Assembly (NCBI GenBank): GCA_037447605.1
Contig: CM074819.1
Location: forward strand, 2,365,331-2,429,330
Direction: 5' to 3'
Length of the DNA stretch: 64,000 bases
DNA from: Zygnema circumcarinatum SAG 698-1b
Lineage: Eukaryota; Plantae; Zygnematophyceae
The translations under genes were made by a program, and so were the position numbers. Positions 1-12,600 of this stretch are shown piece after piece; position 1 is the stretch's first letter, and each line of letters starts with the position of its first letter. The notes beneath the pieces were generated by a model. The model ran no database searches and was not told the origin of the DNA. It saw nothing but the letters and a program-made list of their open reading frames with translations.

Positions 1-3000
1 AGGTTTGGATTGTTCTTATCAGCTGCTGATGAAACCCCCCAGCGGTGTGGTTCACCTGATCAGCGGCGCGCTTCAACATTCTGGCCTGCGCTGCAGCATC
101 ACTTTGCCGCTCGCCCTGCTGACTTCCTTGCAAAGCGGGCGTTGTTGCCGACGCTTGGGCAGACGGCACTCGTGATGGACCCGGCCCAGCATTATCCTCA
201 GCTGCAGGTGCAGCTGCTGAAGGTATCCCCACATCCCGAACAGATGCATGCGGCACAACTGCACTGCTTGCGACTGTCACTTGCTGAGCAGAAGAGCTCT
301 GATCCACTTCGGTCGGGGCTCCACCATCAGTCATTCGCCTGCTCTTGCTACTTGGGCCAGCTTGAACTTCGTCAGGTAGGGGCTGTGCAGGTGGACTATT
401 TTCTTCCCTATGTGGAGCTTCAGAAGGACCGAGAATAGTTTGTGCTACATGTGGGAATTGCTCCCTAGAAGCAGGATCCTGCGATAACCCTGTTCGACCT
501 CCAGGCTCCTCCTTTCGAGATGACCCACTTGGCAAGCTGTCACGTCCTCCACCAGTGGCACCCACTCGGTCATCCTTGGAACTCCGCTCTCGCAAGTAGC
601 GATCGTCAAACCGGTCCCGAGCTCTATCTCGATCTCGTTCCGCAGGACGGCCATTCTCCCAGTCACTTCTGCCGTTATAATAACCATCTCTACTTCGACC
701 ATCTTTTCTCTCATACCTGCCATCACGTCCATCTCGCTCCCATTCTCTGTCACGAGGCCAAGCACTGCGATCATGGAAACCGCGTTCGTATTGTTCTCCT
801 TCTCGATGATACGAGCTGCGACTGTCCCGCTCAGCGGCGCCGGGTCCGTGGTGCTCGTAGTCGCGAGCGCTACGCGCACGCTCATACCCGCGGTCCTCGT
901 ACCGGCGCTGCCCTCCCGGCGCCTCCCTGGAGCCTGCCCGCGAATAGCGGTCCTCCCGGGGTCGCGGCACAGCCCCCTCCGCCCCCCCGGCAGCCGCGTG
1001 GGGCCGAAATGCTCCGCCGGCTCCATCTCGAGGACGAAGAAGAGGGTCGGCTCGAACGGGCTCTTCCCACGCGCGACCTGAATGCTTGCCGAAACTGGAG
1101 GGACGATCCCTCGCGTCCTTCCTCTCTCGCAAGGTCTCTGGAGAATGGGGATGGCGCGACGTGTCCTTCGGTGACTGGCTGCGCCTATCTGCCCTGCTTC
1201 GGCTACCTTCTGCTGCCTGGCCTGCTCGAGACCGCTTGCTGCCTTGACCCAAGTTGTTCGTCACGTGAGCCGAGCGAGAGGGAGAAGTGGATACAGTGGA
1301 CTCCGCAGGCGTGCCTCGACGCCTTGAGCTGCGCGTGCCAGAGGTGTCCGATTCAGATGGAGATGAACTAAGCTCGGAACTGTCTGATGATGTTGAAACA
1401 GAAGCGCTGCGTTTAGACTGCCTCGCTTTCTGAGAGTCTCCATTGTCAGCCTGCTGCTGTCTTGTTGCAACATTCACTTCCGATCTTGCTTCCACACAGG
1501 TTGCGTTGCCATCTGCCTTCCCAGCATTGTCAGCTGCATCCTTTTGGGCCACTCCATCGAGGACACGGCTGTCAAGAGGTTCAGTTTCGGCAGGTGACAG
1601 CCTGCCACTTTCAGGTGGTTGCACACGTCCAGGTTGTAAGGGACTTCTTTTTCCATAGCCCTCACCTTGGACCATTAAAGAGCCATTCCCGAGAGAAGCC
1701 TTTTTCTTTTCTTCTTCGGAAGGGCCGTTCCGTCTTCGACTAGCAAGGATTTCATCTGGTGATAAACTCTGCGTTTTTTTATCATTAACAGTCGCCGGCT
1801 CTAAGCTTGGCGGCCCATCCCATCGCCCATCAGCGACGGACAATAGAAGGCCTTCTGATGGACTGGAACTACGTCGTCTCTTACGGAGAGGATCATCATC
1901 CCCCATTCCCGTTTGACAATGCAGCTGACCTACGGAGCTGTCTGCAGCAGTTTCCTTCTCAACATTAGCTGCATTTCTCTCCCGTTTCAGCGCTGCACGT
2001 TTCAGGCTGTTCGCTGATGCAGTCCTAGCACCTGCCTTCTCAGCAAACGCACTGACCTTTTGCCGATTGTTTTCTTGGATGTCATCCCCTGCACAAGGCA
2101 CCTCCAGATGGGCAGAGCCACCCGACAAGCCACCCGACTCCTTAGCCCATGACAGGCTCCTCTCTTCACTCCTTCCCCTTTCAGGAATTGTGCTTCCTGC
2201 TATCACGCGTTTGCCAGCTTCAGCTCCAGATATGAGCTTTGCACTTGCACTTCCGTTTTTGGTCGAAATTCCCTTTGCAGAATCTTCATTTTTCAACCAT
2301 TCTTCTGCACAACCAAGCAAATACACTCCCTGACAGGCTGCCAACTTTGGACAAAATGTTACACAATCATGGCGAAGAAGCTCGATTCTAGATTGACAGA
2401 CACTCACTCTTTGATAGTGAACCACATTGTTAACACTAATCGATGGGAATCAAAAGCCTTAAGTGCGACAGCTAGTCCTCGGCATGACAAGCTAGTAAAC
2501 AAGAAGCTTTAGAAGCAAAACACACAAAAGAAGATGCATAGTCAAAGCTAGTAGGACACCTTTGCTGTCAGTGTCGCATTGATCCTTATCAAGTTGACGC
2601 TTCGAAGGAGTGACAGCCGAAATAATGTGACCACTCTTCATTTTGGGCGAAGAGGAGACTGCTGCAGCAGGTGCCGACTTCAACTTGCTTTTCTCTTTGA
2701 CCACCCCTGACTTCTGTTTCAGAGTGGCAGACGGGAGAACAACAGCGCCACCTTCAAGCTTTGAGGGAGCCTTTGACGCAGCCCCATTGAATGGCAACTT
2801 TCGACTGCCACCTTTCGCCAGCTTCCGCTTCTTGGATGCATCCGAGACAGAGACCGAGACCGAGACCGAGACCGAGAGGGGGGCTGCGGCCGCGCTGCTG
2901 TCCGCAGGAGGAGGAGGAGGAGGAGGAGGAGGAAGAGGAAGAGTCGCGGCGGCCTCCGCGAGGGGCACTGGGGGGGGCCACGCGCGCCCCGTGAGGAGGT

Positions 3001-6000
3001 AAATGGCTTCCGTTGTGCGCTCCTGCGCCACATTGCAATCTGCGAGCTCCGGCCTGCACAAGAGGCAAGGGAAGGCAAGGCACCGTAAGAGTTGTGGAAA
3101 CCTTGTAACTCTCATCTTCCCCTCAGCTGGAAGGTCTTGCCAAAGCCCCTAGATGTCAGAGGACGGACACTCTACCAAGACCGATCCACCGAAAACAAAA
3201 GAAAAACCAAAAAAAAAAGGGCAGTAGCTACAGTAAATGCAGGCAGAAAGGGAATGAATTCCTCAGGAAAAGAAAGGGACAAGCGCCACGCTTTGCAGTC
3301 TACAGCAAAAATTGTAAGTGTTGTCTTTATGACACGCAGACTCCACTAGATTCCTTCGGGAAAGTTCAATGAGGCAGCTCACGTCCAATCATTCATGTAG
3401 CAGTTCCATTCATCTGGAAGTGAGTCAATCTGGATGTATGGCGGAAGGAGACGCCACAAATTGCACTTGTCGCAACACACCCACTCATCCTTTTCTGCCT
3501 CGAATGGAACACTGCCTTCTGGCGGAGCTGGAATAGTGGAAATAGGGGCTGCGACTTCCAGGGCTTCTCCCAACTTCTGGAGTTCACTCTCCTCACCGAG
3601 CTCAATCGGCTTTTTAATAATCACGACATCCCCCAAAAGGGTATCTGAAGCGGTTTTCTTTTCCTGCACGGAACTCTTCGCCGACGATTTATCCTGCATT
3701 TCTTCACGACCTTCTTTGCGTTTTGCAGCCCCTTTCAAACTCCCTGTCCTGCTAAGCTTTACACTCTTCTCCATATTCACTCCTGAAGTGCGATCTTTGA
3801 ACTTCGACTGTGAATCATGCTTGCCTCTCCCGCCGCTTGTATCTGTGCCCCCTTTTCCCCTTCCCGTTCCTGAGGCAGCCTGCAGCTCCGCCCCACCTTC
3901 TGCTGTCCCATCACGCAATCCTCCACCAACTGGTTTGTCTTCTTCACTCAAGCCGATCCTTCTCTCCCCGTTCATCATCTTTAATCTCTTACCTTCCTCT
4001 GGTGCATCCATCTTCTCGGCTTCTCGCTTGCCTGTTTTGGATGGCTTCTTGCTCGAAATTTCATTAACCAAACAAGGCACAGACTCCCCATCTTTGCGCT
4101 TCTCACCCTCTTGTTTCAACTTCAGAGCTGCCATTGCAGCTTTACCGTTTTCCATCCCTTCCATGGGCGCACATGGAGGAGTAATCTGGCCAGAAACAGC
4201 AGCTTCTGACTCCCCTAAACGAGTCGCCTTAACGGATGCAGACTTCTTCTGCCGGCCCACGCCCCCTTCACCAACCTTCTTTTCAGAATGTCCACCAGTG
4301 TTCCGGTCGAAGTCTTCTTCAGGCCTAACATTTCTGCTTGATGAATCTTTCTGCTCTTTCCTCTGTCGGACGTCAAATCCTCCCACTGCATCAAAGTCTG
4401 CAGCAGCCTTGTCCCCTTCAGCCTGTTTTGCTTTTTCCGCCTTTCTGGTAATACTGTGACCATCAGAAACCCCTGCCTTTCTGTCCTTCCCTGATGCTTG
4501 CGTACAAGGCGCGAGAATGTCCTTGACTTCGCCTGTCTCTACATCGTCCGTCCGCTTCTTCAACACCTGAAGATCACTGGATCCACTTGGGCGCCTCTCC
4601 CGAGTATCCGGTGCACCTGGGCTGCTCGCAGGTCTCTTGCCTGCACCTTCATCAGAACTGTTCAACTCCACCTTATCCGTGAAGCCTTTCCTTTCCCGTG
4701 AACCTGCCCGGTCTCCTCTTCTCTTCACTGAAGACTCCTCCAAACCACGCAGATCTGGAAAAGAATTTGACCTCTGATTCCCAAGAGTATTAACTGGTCT
4801 TTCTTCAGAGTCCCCTGCACTCTTTGGGAGACTCAGAAAAGCCGCTGGTTCTTGAGAATGTGGCTCTGCTCCCTGGCCTAATGCTCCAAGTTCCTCCTCA
4901 TCTGAAGAGCTGCCCCAATCTATCCCAGTATCCAACATTCTCCCTTCCACTTCTAATGATGGTTTGTAAGCCTTAGATCCCGTTACATTAAGCCTACCCA
5001 CCTTTCCTGCAAGCAATTTCGTAGCATCCGGTGCTCCTTTCATCGTAAACGATCCAAGTTCCTCCTCTCGCTTATGTTGCAGCTCTGTTGTTGTAACGGG
5101 AACCCCAACCTCATTCACTCGTGATGTCGGAGGGACTGCATTTGATGCTGCTTTGCTAACATCCTTTCCTTTACCCGGTTCTCTTCCTATGGTCTCAGTA
5201 ACAGTCCATATAACTTCTTGTTCATTGCCCTTTCCAAACACTCGCACATTCCCTGACACCACGGACGTCCTTGTTCCTAATTGCCCCTCGACAGCCTCTG
5301 ACAAGTCTTCTGCTTTCCCCAGTAGTCGCGCTTTAAGGCTCCTCAAAGAGCATACCAACGAGTCCTTCAGTGGAGACAGAAGTCCTCCCTCCGGCAAAAA
5401 GCTTGAAGTCATCACCTGTATGCGAAAGGACATTAAACTTCAGAGAACAATCTTAAGCATGGTTACGCCGGGTGACTGATTTTGTTCATTGCTTTAGGAG
5501 CCAGTCCAATCCATAGTTAGTCAGTCAGTTTGGCTGTCCTTCCAACTGGAGCTCCTTGGTGAAGGATGCGCCTTGCGGTAAAAGGTTATGGTTAAATGAA
5601 GTCGGAAGTTGAAATAAAGGTAAAAGTTGCGAAGGTGAAGGTGGTGACGGTTGAAGGTGGAGGAAATCGTCATGAGGGTTGAGGTGAGGGCCATGGAAAG
5701 GGTTCTCGTCAACTTGCCATGAAGTTGTGGTGAAGTTTAAATGGAGAATTCAGGTGAAAACCCCTATGCAGGTGTAAATGAAGGCTGGCGTGGAGGCCAA
5801 GCAATGATGCAGGTTAATGAAAATGAAGGTGTTGACAAAAAATATGAAAAAGGTTGCGATGAACGTCAATGTATGGTTGTGCTGGAAGCGTGAATGTATC
5901 AGTGAAGGCTATTATTCCAGGCGGCTAGTTCACCATAATTCTAAGAAAACATGGACAGTGTAAACTATCAGCTAAAGAACACAGTTGGCATTGAGAAGCA

Positions 6001-8423
6001 GAAGGGGAACCTGCAAAATTGTCTGTGGACTGGGTGAGCGACCACAAGACAGAGCTGAATGCTGCATAGTTTCAGGCAGCTTCAATGCCGGCAGTCCTCC
6101 CAGGTCAGGAGTGACGCTCTGCGGCCGTCCTTTGGAGTCCTTTTGCTGCAACGCGCTGCGTCCCTTGCCCGCTCCAAAGGCATCCCTGCCGGCAGCATGC
6201 GCCCCCCCCTTGCTCGCCGTAGTTCTGGGTTGTTCTTCCGCAGAGCTGGCAGCCTCTCCCTCGCCGCTATGCTCTGGGCCTGGTGCCAGCTCTCTGGGCA
6301 CACTCAGCACCTGCAATGGCATGGCAGGTCATTAAACTCACGAACACAGCCTCACCATGAAGCAACGCACTGTTTCAACATGAAAGCCGCGGGACATAAC
6401 ATTCCCACATGTAGTCTCACTTCAAGGGGGGCGGAATGTTTTGCTGTGGCATTGAAGTGCTTGAGACGCTGTTCCCCAGGATTAGCTGTGACGGGTGCGA
6501 GAGGAGGACTCGGCTGAGGATGAGGAGCACGCATATGTGTCGGCAAGAAGGTTCCATATGAACCATAATGTGGTCCTGGAAGCACAACGAGAACACCATA
6601 ACTGAGGTACAACTCCTAACAGAACTGGAGCAAGAGGAAGGCAAAGGAAGAAAGGCAAGGCTGCTCTTCTGTACATTTGTCACACACTTGCTACAATTTC
6701 CAATTAAGCGCGGATATAATAGCTTGAATCACCAATGCAGCAACTACTGCGATTCAGATAACACAGACAGAAAACACGAACACTCCCAAGCACAATCAAG
6801 CACTTCCATATCGAATACCATTATTCCAGCAAGTCAATTGAAAATATGCATTTTGACCAAACACACGCAACCCCAATAACAAAATTATGCAGACGGTTTT
6901 GTAAGCTTCAAAACTCTAAATCCAAAAGCGATGCGAAAAAAAGTAACCAGAAAATCCCTTGCCATGTAAGAGCTTCATGACATACTTCAAAAATGAAAAA
7001 AGGAGGCCAGGACATGCATAGTGGACACGATTTTTGCTTCTCTGAACATCTGCCTGTATCCTTTCCAATTGCACTAACCGGCTAATTGCATAGAGCATGC
7101 TTCGCTGTACTTAACAGTTTCAGAGAAAACACCGACCTGAACTTGAGACAGTGCCTCTAAATTCGTTTTGCTTGTCGCCAAGGAGCGAGCGAATACGCCT
7201 TGTCAAATGATCCTCGTCCTGAAGTGAGAAGAAAAGAAAGAAAGAAATCACAACCCCCGCATAGTTCAGAAAATTCAGCGATGAGTGACTTCTTCTGCTT
7301 GTCCTGCGAGGTCCGCGTCACCAAATGGCGCTTCCAGTTGCTATTTAAGGTATGGGAGAAGAACAATCAGGCAACGACATGAAGAAAACAGTAAAGCTCG
7401 CAGAACAGAACGGGAAGCCCGAGAACAGTAAACTCGCAAGTGTCAGCAAGTCAGGTAGGCTTGAAGATGTGAAAGCTACTCCCAAGTTTCTTATAAATGT
7501 TTAGAACTTGAGAGGCGACTTAAGGAGCAAAATCACAAAGCGTAGAACAGCGCCTTAAAAGAAAATCTCCTCGACAAGCTCGCCTCATACTGGTAACAGC
7601 AAAAGCTAGAACAGGCAGACCTCCTTGCCTTACTTGACAGAGAACTGATGTTTAGAACTTGAGAAGCGACTTATGAGGCAAAATCCCAAAGCGTAAAGCA
7701 GCGCCTTAAAAGAAAATCTCCTCGACAAGCCCGGCTCATACTGGTGACAGCGAAAGCTTAAACAGACAGACCTCCTTGCCTTTCTTGACAGAGAACTGAT
7801 GAATCTTCTGGCAAAGTTCATCCCGTTGATTCAAACCTAGACTGAGAAGTTCAAAGGTGAATTCGAAGAGAAGCCCACCACGCGCAGGGGATAAAGGAAA
7901 CAAAGGAAAAGAGGTTGTATACTGTTGAAAAGCAGCAGATAAGACGAAGACTAAAACACAAGAAAGCGAGAGCTGCTCTGTGATGCAATGGCTGCCATGG
8001 TTAAAAGTAACGAATTTTGAAAATTTCCCGCCAGAACATAGAGTTATCTGAGACAAATTCTTGCCTCAGAATTAGGCTGACCAATGCACATGTTCCACTA
8101 CTGTCAGAACCTCTGAACCAGGCGCCGCATGCCAGACGCTATACAGTGCAACTGCAGGTCGCAGACCGAGGCAAAGCACATAAGGATAGGAGTTTGTGGA
8201 AAGTTGTGAGGTCAGAAGGTTGATTATGATGCAAAAAGCACAGAGGAGAGTTGTCGGTTTGCATGCCGGGGGAGCTTACATCGTCAGCGTGTTGAAACGG
8301 AGCCGCGGGCCCTCTGGCGGCAGCGTGCGCGTTCTTTTTCGAGGAGTCTGCGGCCGCCCTGAGTCCGCCATGCGCCGAAGCGGGCGGCGCTGGCGGGGCG
8401 TAGGCGGGCAGGGGCGCGTCCAT
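1..8423 (-). CDS. CW-type zinc-finger protein (plant CW-ZF family), 3' end outside window; exons 8423-8280, 7218-7137, 6575-6421, 6310-6011, 5415-3383, 3053-2560, 2304-<1
   Basis: CW domain WVCCDKCNLWRLLP...PDEWNCYMNDW|RPELADC. Family-like N-terminal motifs: DEDHLTRRIRSLLG, GPHYGSYGTFLPT, SPQTILQ|VMTSSFLPEGGLLSPL. All GT-AG junctions are phase-consistent, and the last exon is open to base 1. Confidence 0.85.
7497..7798. repeat. Tandem duplication of a 151-bp unit in intron 1 of the CW-ZF gene
   Basis: 7497-7647 and 7648-7798 align end to end (ATGTTTAGAACTTGAG...GACAGAGAACTG) with scattered substitutions. Confidence 0.85.
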
Positions 8424-8560
8424 GGCGGGCGGGGCCGGGGAGCGCGCCGGCGCCTCAGGCGCGGGGGGAAGCCGGCCCCCTGTTCGCTAGGGCAAAGGTA
8501 GGTTAGGGCAGGCCCGGCCCGCCCCGCCACCCCGCCCGCGCAACCGCTCCGCTCCGCGAG

Positions 8561-8860
8561 CCATGCCATGCCATGCCATGCCATGCCATGCCATGCCATG
8601 CCATGCGACCATGCCCCTGCCGCATGCCATGGCATGCCATGTGACCATGCCCCTGCCACATGCCATGCCATGCCATGCGACCATGCCCCTGCCGCATGCC
8701 ATGGCATGCCATGTGACCATGCCCCTGCCACATGCCATGCCATGCCATGCGACCATGCCCCTGCCGCATGCCATGGCATGCCATGCGACCATGCCCCTGC
8801 CACATGCCATGCCATGCCATGCGACCATGCCCCTGTCGCCATGAGAGCATGCCATGACGC
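8561..8860. repeat. (CCATG)n-derived minisatellite with a 36-bp unit alternating in two variants (72-bp higher-order repeat)
   Basis: A pure CCATG run is followed by units that translate as MPCDHAPAACHG / MPCDHAPATCHA in ABABAB order. Confidence 0.9.
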
Positions 8861-9613
8861 CCTTCGGGCCCGTGCCAGCATGCCCTGATTCGCCGTTGAA
8901 GAGCCACCGTATAATAATATCACTGCTTAGTGCTGGCCGCTGGGGTGAGATGTGGCATTCATCTCACGATGGCGATGCCGCTACTGTACTTGCTCTGATT
9001 CCGAACCAGAAATTTGTAGCCACCGCCAAATACCTAAAGCCACATCTCTTCTCCTAAAGGGATTCTTAGCCATCACCAAATTCCATACGAGAAATTGCTA
9101 GCCATTGCCCTAGTTAGCCATGGAATAACCAGTAGTTGTGGTAGCGACACCTTTGTCGACCTTTTTGTATGCCAAAACTATACTGTCCGTTCCGGAATGT
9201 CATCACAACATTACACCTTCCACAGTCATAGGGTTTCCCTAAAATCCCTATCCCTAGCTAGTAACTATTTGATTAGTAATCACGTTTGGCAAGTTTTAGG
9301 TAGTTGTTTTTCGAAGTGACTACATGCAAATATATGCAGTGGGGGAAATTGGACGTGATTGAATGCAGTATGATACTGTGCGTAGCAAGCGGACTGCGCG
9401 TAGGACGGCGGCATCACAGATGATGAGAAGAAAACCACCAGAATAACGCTCATGTTTCACCTAAACAGTCACACCGGAGTGCCATGTGTCACAGCACTTA
9501 ACAAAGGCTTCTCCTGGGCAACTGGTCAAACCATTACTTACAGAGGAAAGAGCATTTAAGCCATACAGAACACGGTTCCACATTTGCGCAACCATAACTT
9601 TGTGCCATAAATG

Positions 9614-12600
9614 TCACGCCACTAAAAGAAACTGGAAAACATCTGTCAAGGAAACAACGCCCTCTACTCGCCGACTGCCCGCTTCCACGCAGATCAGACG
9701 GCGCACCCCTGCGGACCCGACCCACCCCCCCCAGGCCCACCGTGACACGGGCTCAGTGCTCGGTACGTCCCTCAGCCGCCAGCACAGTCTCAACAACTTG
9801 ACGCGAAACCCACCAGGCAGGGCCAGGCGGTCAATGGCAGAGCGCAACGTGTCGGTCTGTAGGCACATGTGGCAGCGCGAGGCCGGGCCGGCGCTGCTGT
9901 TCACACTTGCGTCTTGGCGGTACCGCAGCGCCTGGATGCAATCCCGCACAGGGTGTCAGTGGCCGAAAAGCTCTTGAAAACAACTGCAGGGAAGCGGCGC
10001 GAGATTAACCATAGCAAATCCATTGACGTGCTGGGCTTCACCTCTGCAATTGTGATGTCGTCCAGCTGCAATCGGGCATACGCTCTTTCTCGAGCCAGAG
10101 CAGTGATGTCGCTGCATCCCCGCACATCAGCTTAATAACGAGCACAGATAGCCTGTCTATAGATTTGGCCCACACAGACTGCGTTCAGAAAAGGATGGTA
10201 CTTCTGCAGATTAGATTGCAGATAGCCTAGAAACGTTGCTTTGTATATTGCACGTGCCATGGAGGGGTCAGAGAACTCATGCGCTGCTGCAGTTAGGGGA
10301 ATAACCAAGAAGCATATGGGTCACACACGCAAGTCAATAGCACAGCAATTTGAGACAGAAAAGTCAACAACATCCGTCCACTCGAAGGAACACGCGATCT
10401 TAAGTGGCCTAGGGCCAAAGGCTGTGCTGACTTTCCAGAGTTCACCGGGTCACACCCTGCTGTTGTCCCGTCACAAAAGTTAAAATCAAAGGCGAACAAA
10501 AGCACGAAAAAGGAATCCCAGTGATCCTTTGACGGCATCAAGAGAAGCCAGCCTCTATCATCATATTGTGATTGTGAACACCAAAAGTAGCTTACGACAA
10601 GTTGACGTTGCTTAAGCAAAAATAAAAAAGATCAGGGAGCCTTAAGAGGTCAACACATTTGGAAACCCAATGGATTCCAACCGTGGAGACCCTGGAGTGG
10701 TTGTGAACAAGCCCCACATAATCTATGTACACTCTACAACCAACTTTCAAAACACAAGGCAAAACTAAAAAAAAACAATTCCCCTTCATTCCTTGCAGCA
10801 TTCAAAAATAATTCCCAGGGCCAGGATCTCAAGATAATATACCCAAACGAATGATGAACACACCAAAATGCCAAGCATAACAAGCAACTGGACGCTGTTA
10901 GCGCTTTCAGAGAGTTGCAAGCAGTGTGCACCTGCGCGCATAAACATCTAGAAGAGCTCCACTTTCATCCACCACCGGCATTGAGCTCACTCCCTCTGTC
11001 TCCATCGACAACAATCCCAATGCCGCTTATCAGCTTCGGCTTGGCGCATTTCCCACGCATCTATTGGTGCCAAATCCCGCATTCAGACAAGGCCCAGCAA
11101 CCCCATACGATGAACCAGACCTGTGAGGAGCACCGACAAAGCTGCAGTGAGTGGCGCGTTTGGCCGCAGAGTGGAGAGCGACTTGCGGCCGCTGCCAGTC
11201 TTGCCGGTGCCCGGAGCCCACGTGCCCAGCGGCAGCGCTCCCAGCGGCTGCGACAGCAGGGGAAGGGACCCGGCCACATGCCGAAAATGCCGCGCCACGC
11301 CTGTACAAACCCCCGGAGACCCTCCTACTCTCATAGGAGTGGCAGACGCTTTGCTAGTTCTCCATGCCTCAGCATAGGAGCCACGACATCACTCTATTGC
11401 CCATTTTATAAACAGAAGTTGATAACGAGTCGACGAGGGCAGGAAAAATTAACCATCCTCACATTTAAGAATGCCGGATAAGGAGGCCAGGTGAAGCAAT
11501 TGGGGAGGGCTGCCAGTCGCTGCTGCATGATGAAGTACAGGCACTGAAGCAATCCCATGTTGCAGCAAAAGCTCCGTTACGCGGCGTAGGGTGTCGTCTG
11601 GTCCGATCTGCATCCTATGCCCTTGTCCTGCTATCGTCAGCAATCATTCCAGCACCATAAGTGCCTATATGTCGTGTAAATATCTATTTTTTTTTCCCAA
11701 AGAACTGTCCCAGCACACAGCTGTACCAATTTGAATCGTCAGCCCGAACCCCCGCATATGGTGTTAATGAACAGGCGCCCTAGGATGGTCGTAGGAGTTC
11801 AACTTTGTGCAAGGCTAATGCAGCCAATAGGCAGCTACGTGCCGAGCACAACAGCAAGCCATGTGTTTCTGTAAGCCTGAACTTTCCAGGCAGCAGCAAA
11901 CCGTGACTTCCTGTCACAAGCATGCACCTCGACAGACTAACAATGAACAAGAGAGGTCATGATCGTTCACTTCCGTTTGGCACAAAACTGTTAATCCAAA
12001 AGTCTACGCTTTACGGTCGATAGAGCATGTTCACGCCGCCTGGAAGCATTATGGGAACAGCCCGCACATGAATGAGGGGTCGCCGGGACGGAGTGTGAGG
12101 TGCATCAGTAGAGCGTGCCAAAACTTGTTTCGCTTCCTTCCATGCGGCGATTGTGTGCGTCTCCAACTCCTCTTCGCTCAACTGCGCTCCACTGCTACGT
12201 AACTGCTCAACCCCACAAGCCCTAAAATCAACTTTGAGTGCTTTCACCTCTATTTATGCCCTGCCCATGCTGCGTCAAATACACGCGTCCCCCATCCATA
12301 CGTTGGCTTATCCCATCACCTGTTGAATGATGGTGATAAAATCCGATGCGCTTAGCATCCCAACAAAGTCGCAGCGCTCTGAATCCCACAATGGCGCTGC
12401 TGGCACTCCCTGGCCCCTCATTCAGCTCACATAAAACCTCAGCCTACACATTTCAGATGATGCTTTGAAAGATGCAGTGACGTTTGAATAAAAGCTTGCG
12501 CCAGCCGAGCCCCACCACAATTCGCAAAGAAGGCGAACTTCAAGAATATTAACACAAAGCTGCGAGCACACAAGGCCCACAATTATCTACTTTTCACCAG

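Noticed and set aside
5521-5900. His/Pro/Phe-rich open stretches in the CW-ZF intron
   Set aside because: Short, stop-bounded, no usable splice sites; the flanking exons join in frame without it.
10-6335. Long plus-strand ORFs (520-1371, 2643-3002, 3434-4459, 5985-6335)
   Set aside because: Antisense shadows of CW-ZF exons; no independent domain or splice support.
8276-8923. Cys/His- and Trp/His-rich repeat proteins from several frames
   Set aside because: By-product of a stop-poor 36-bp minisatellite; no evidence of translation.
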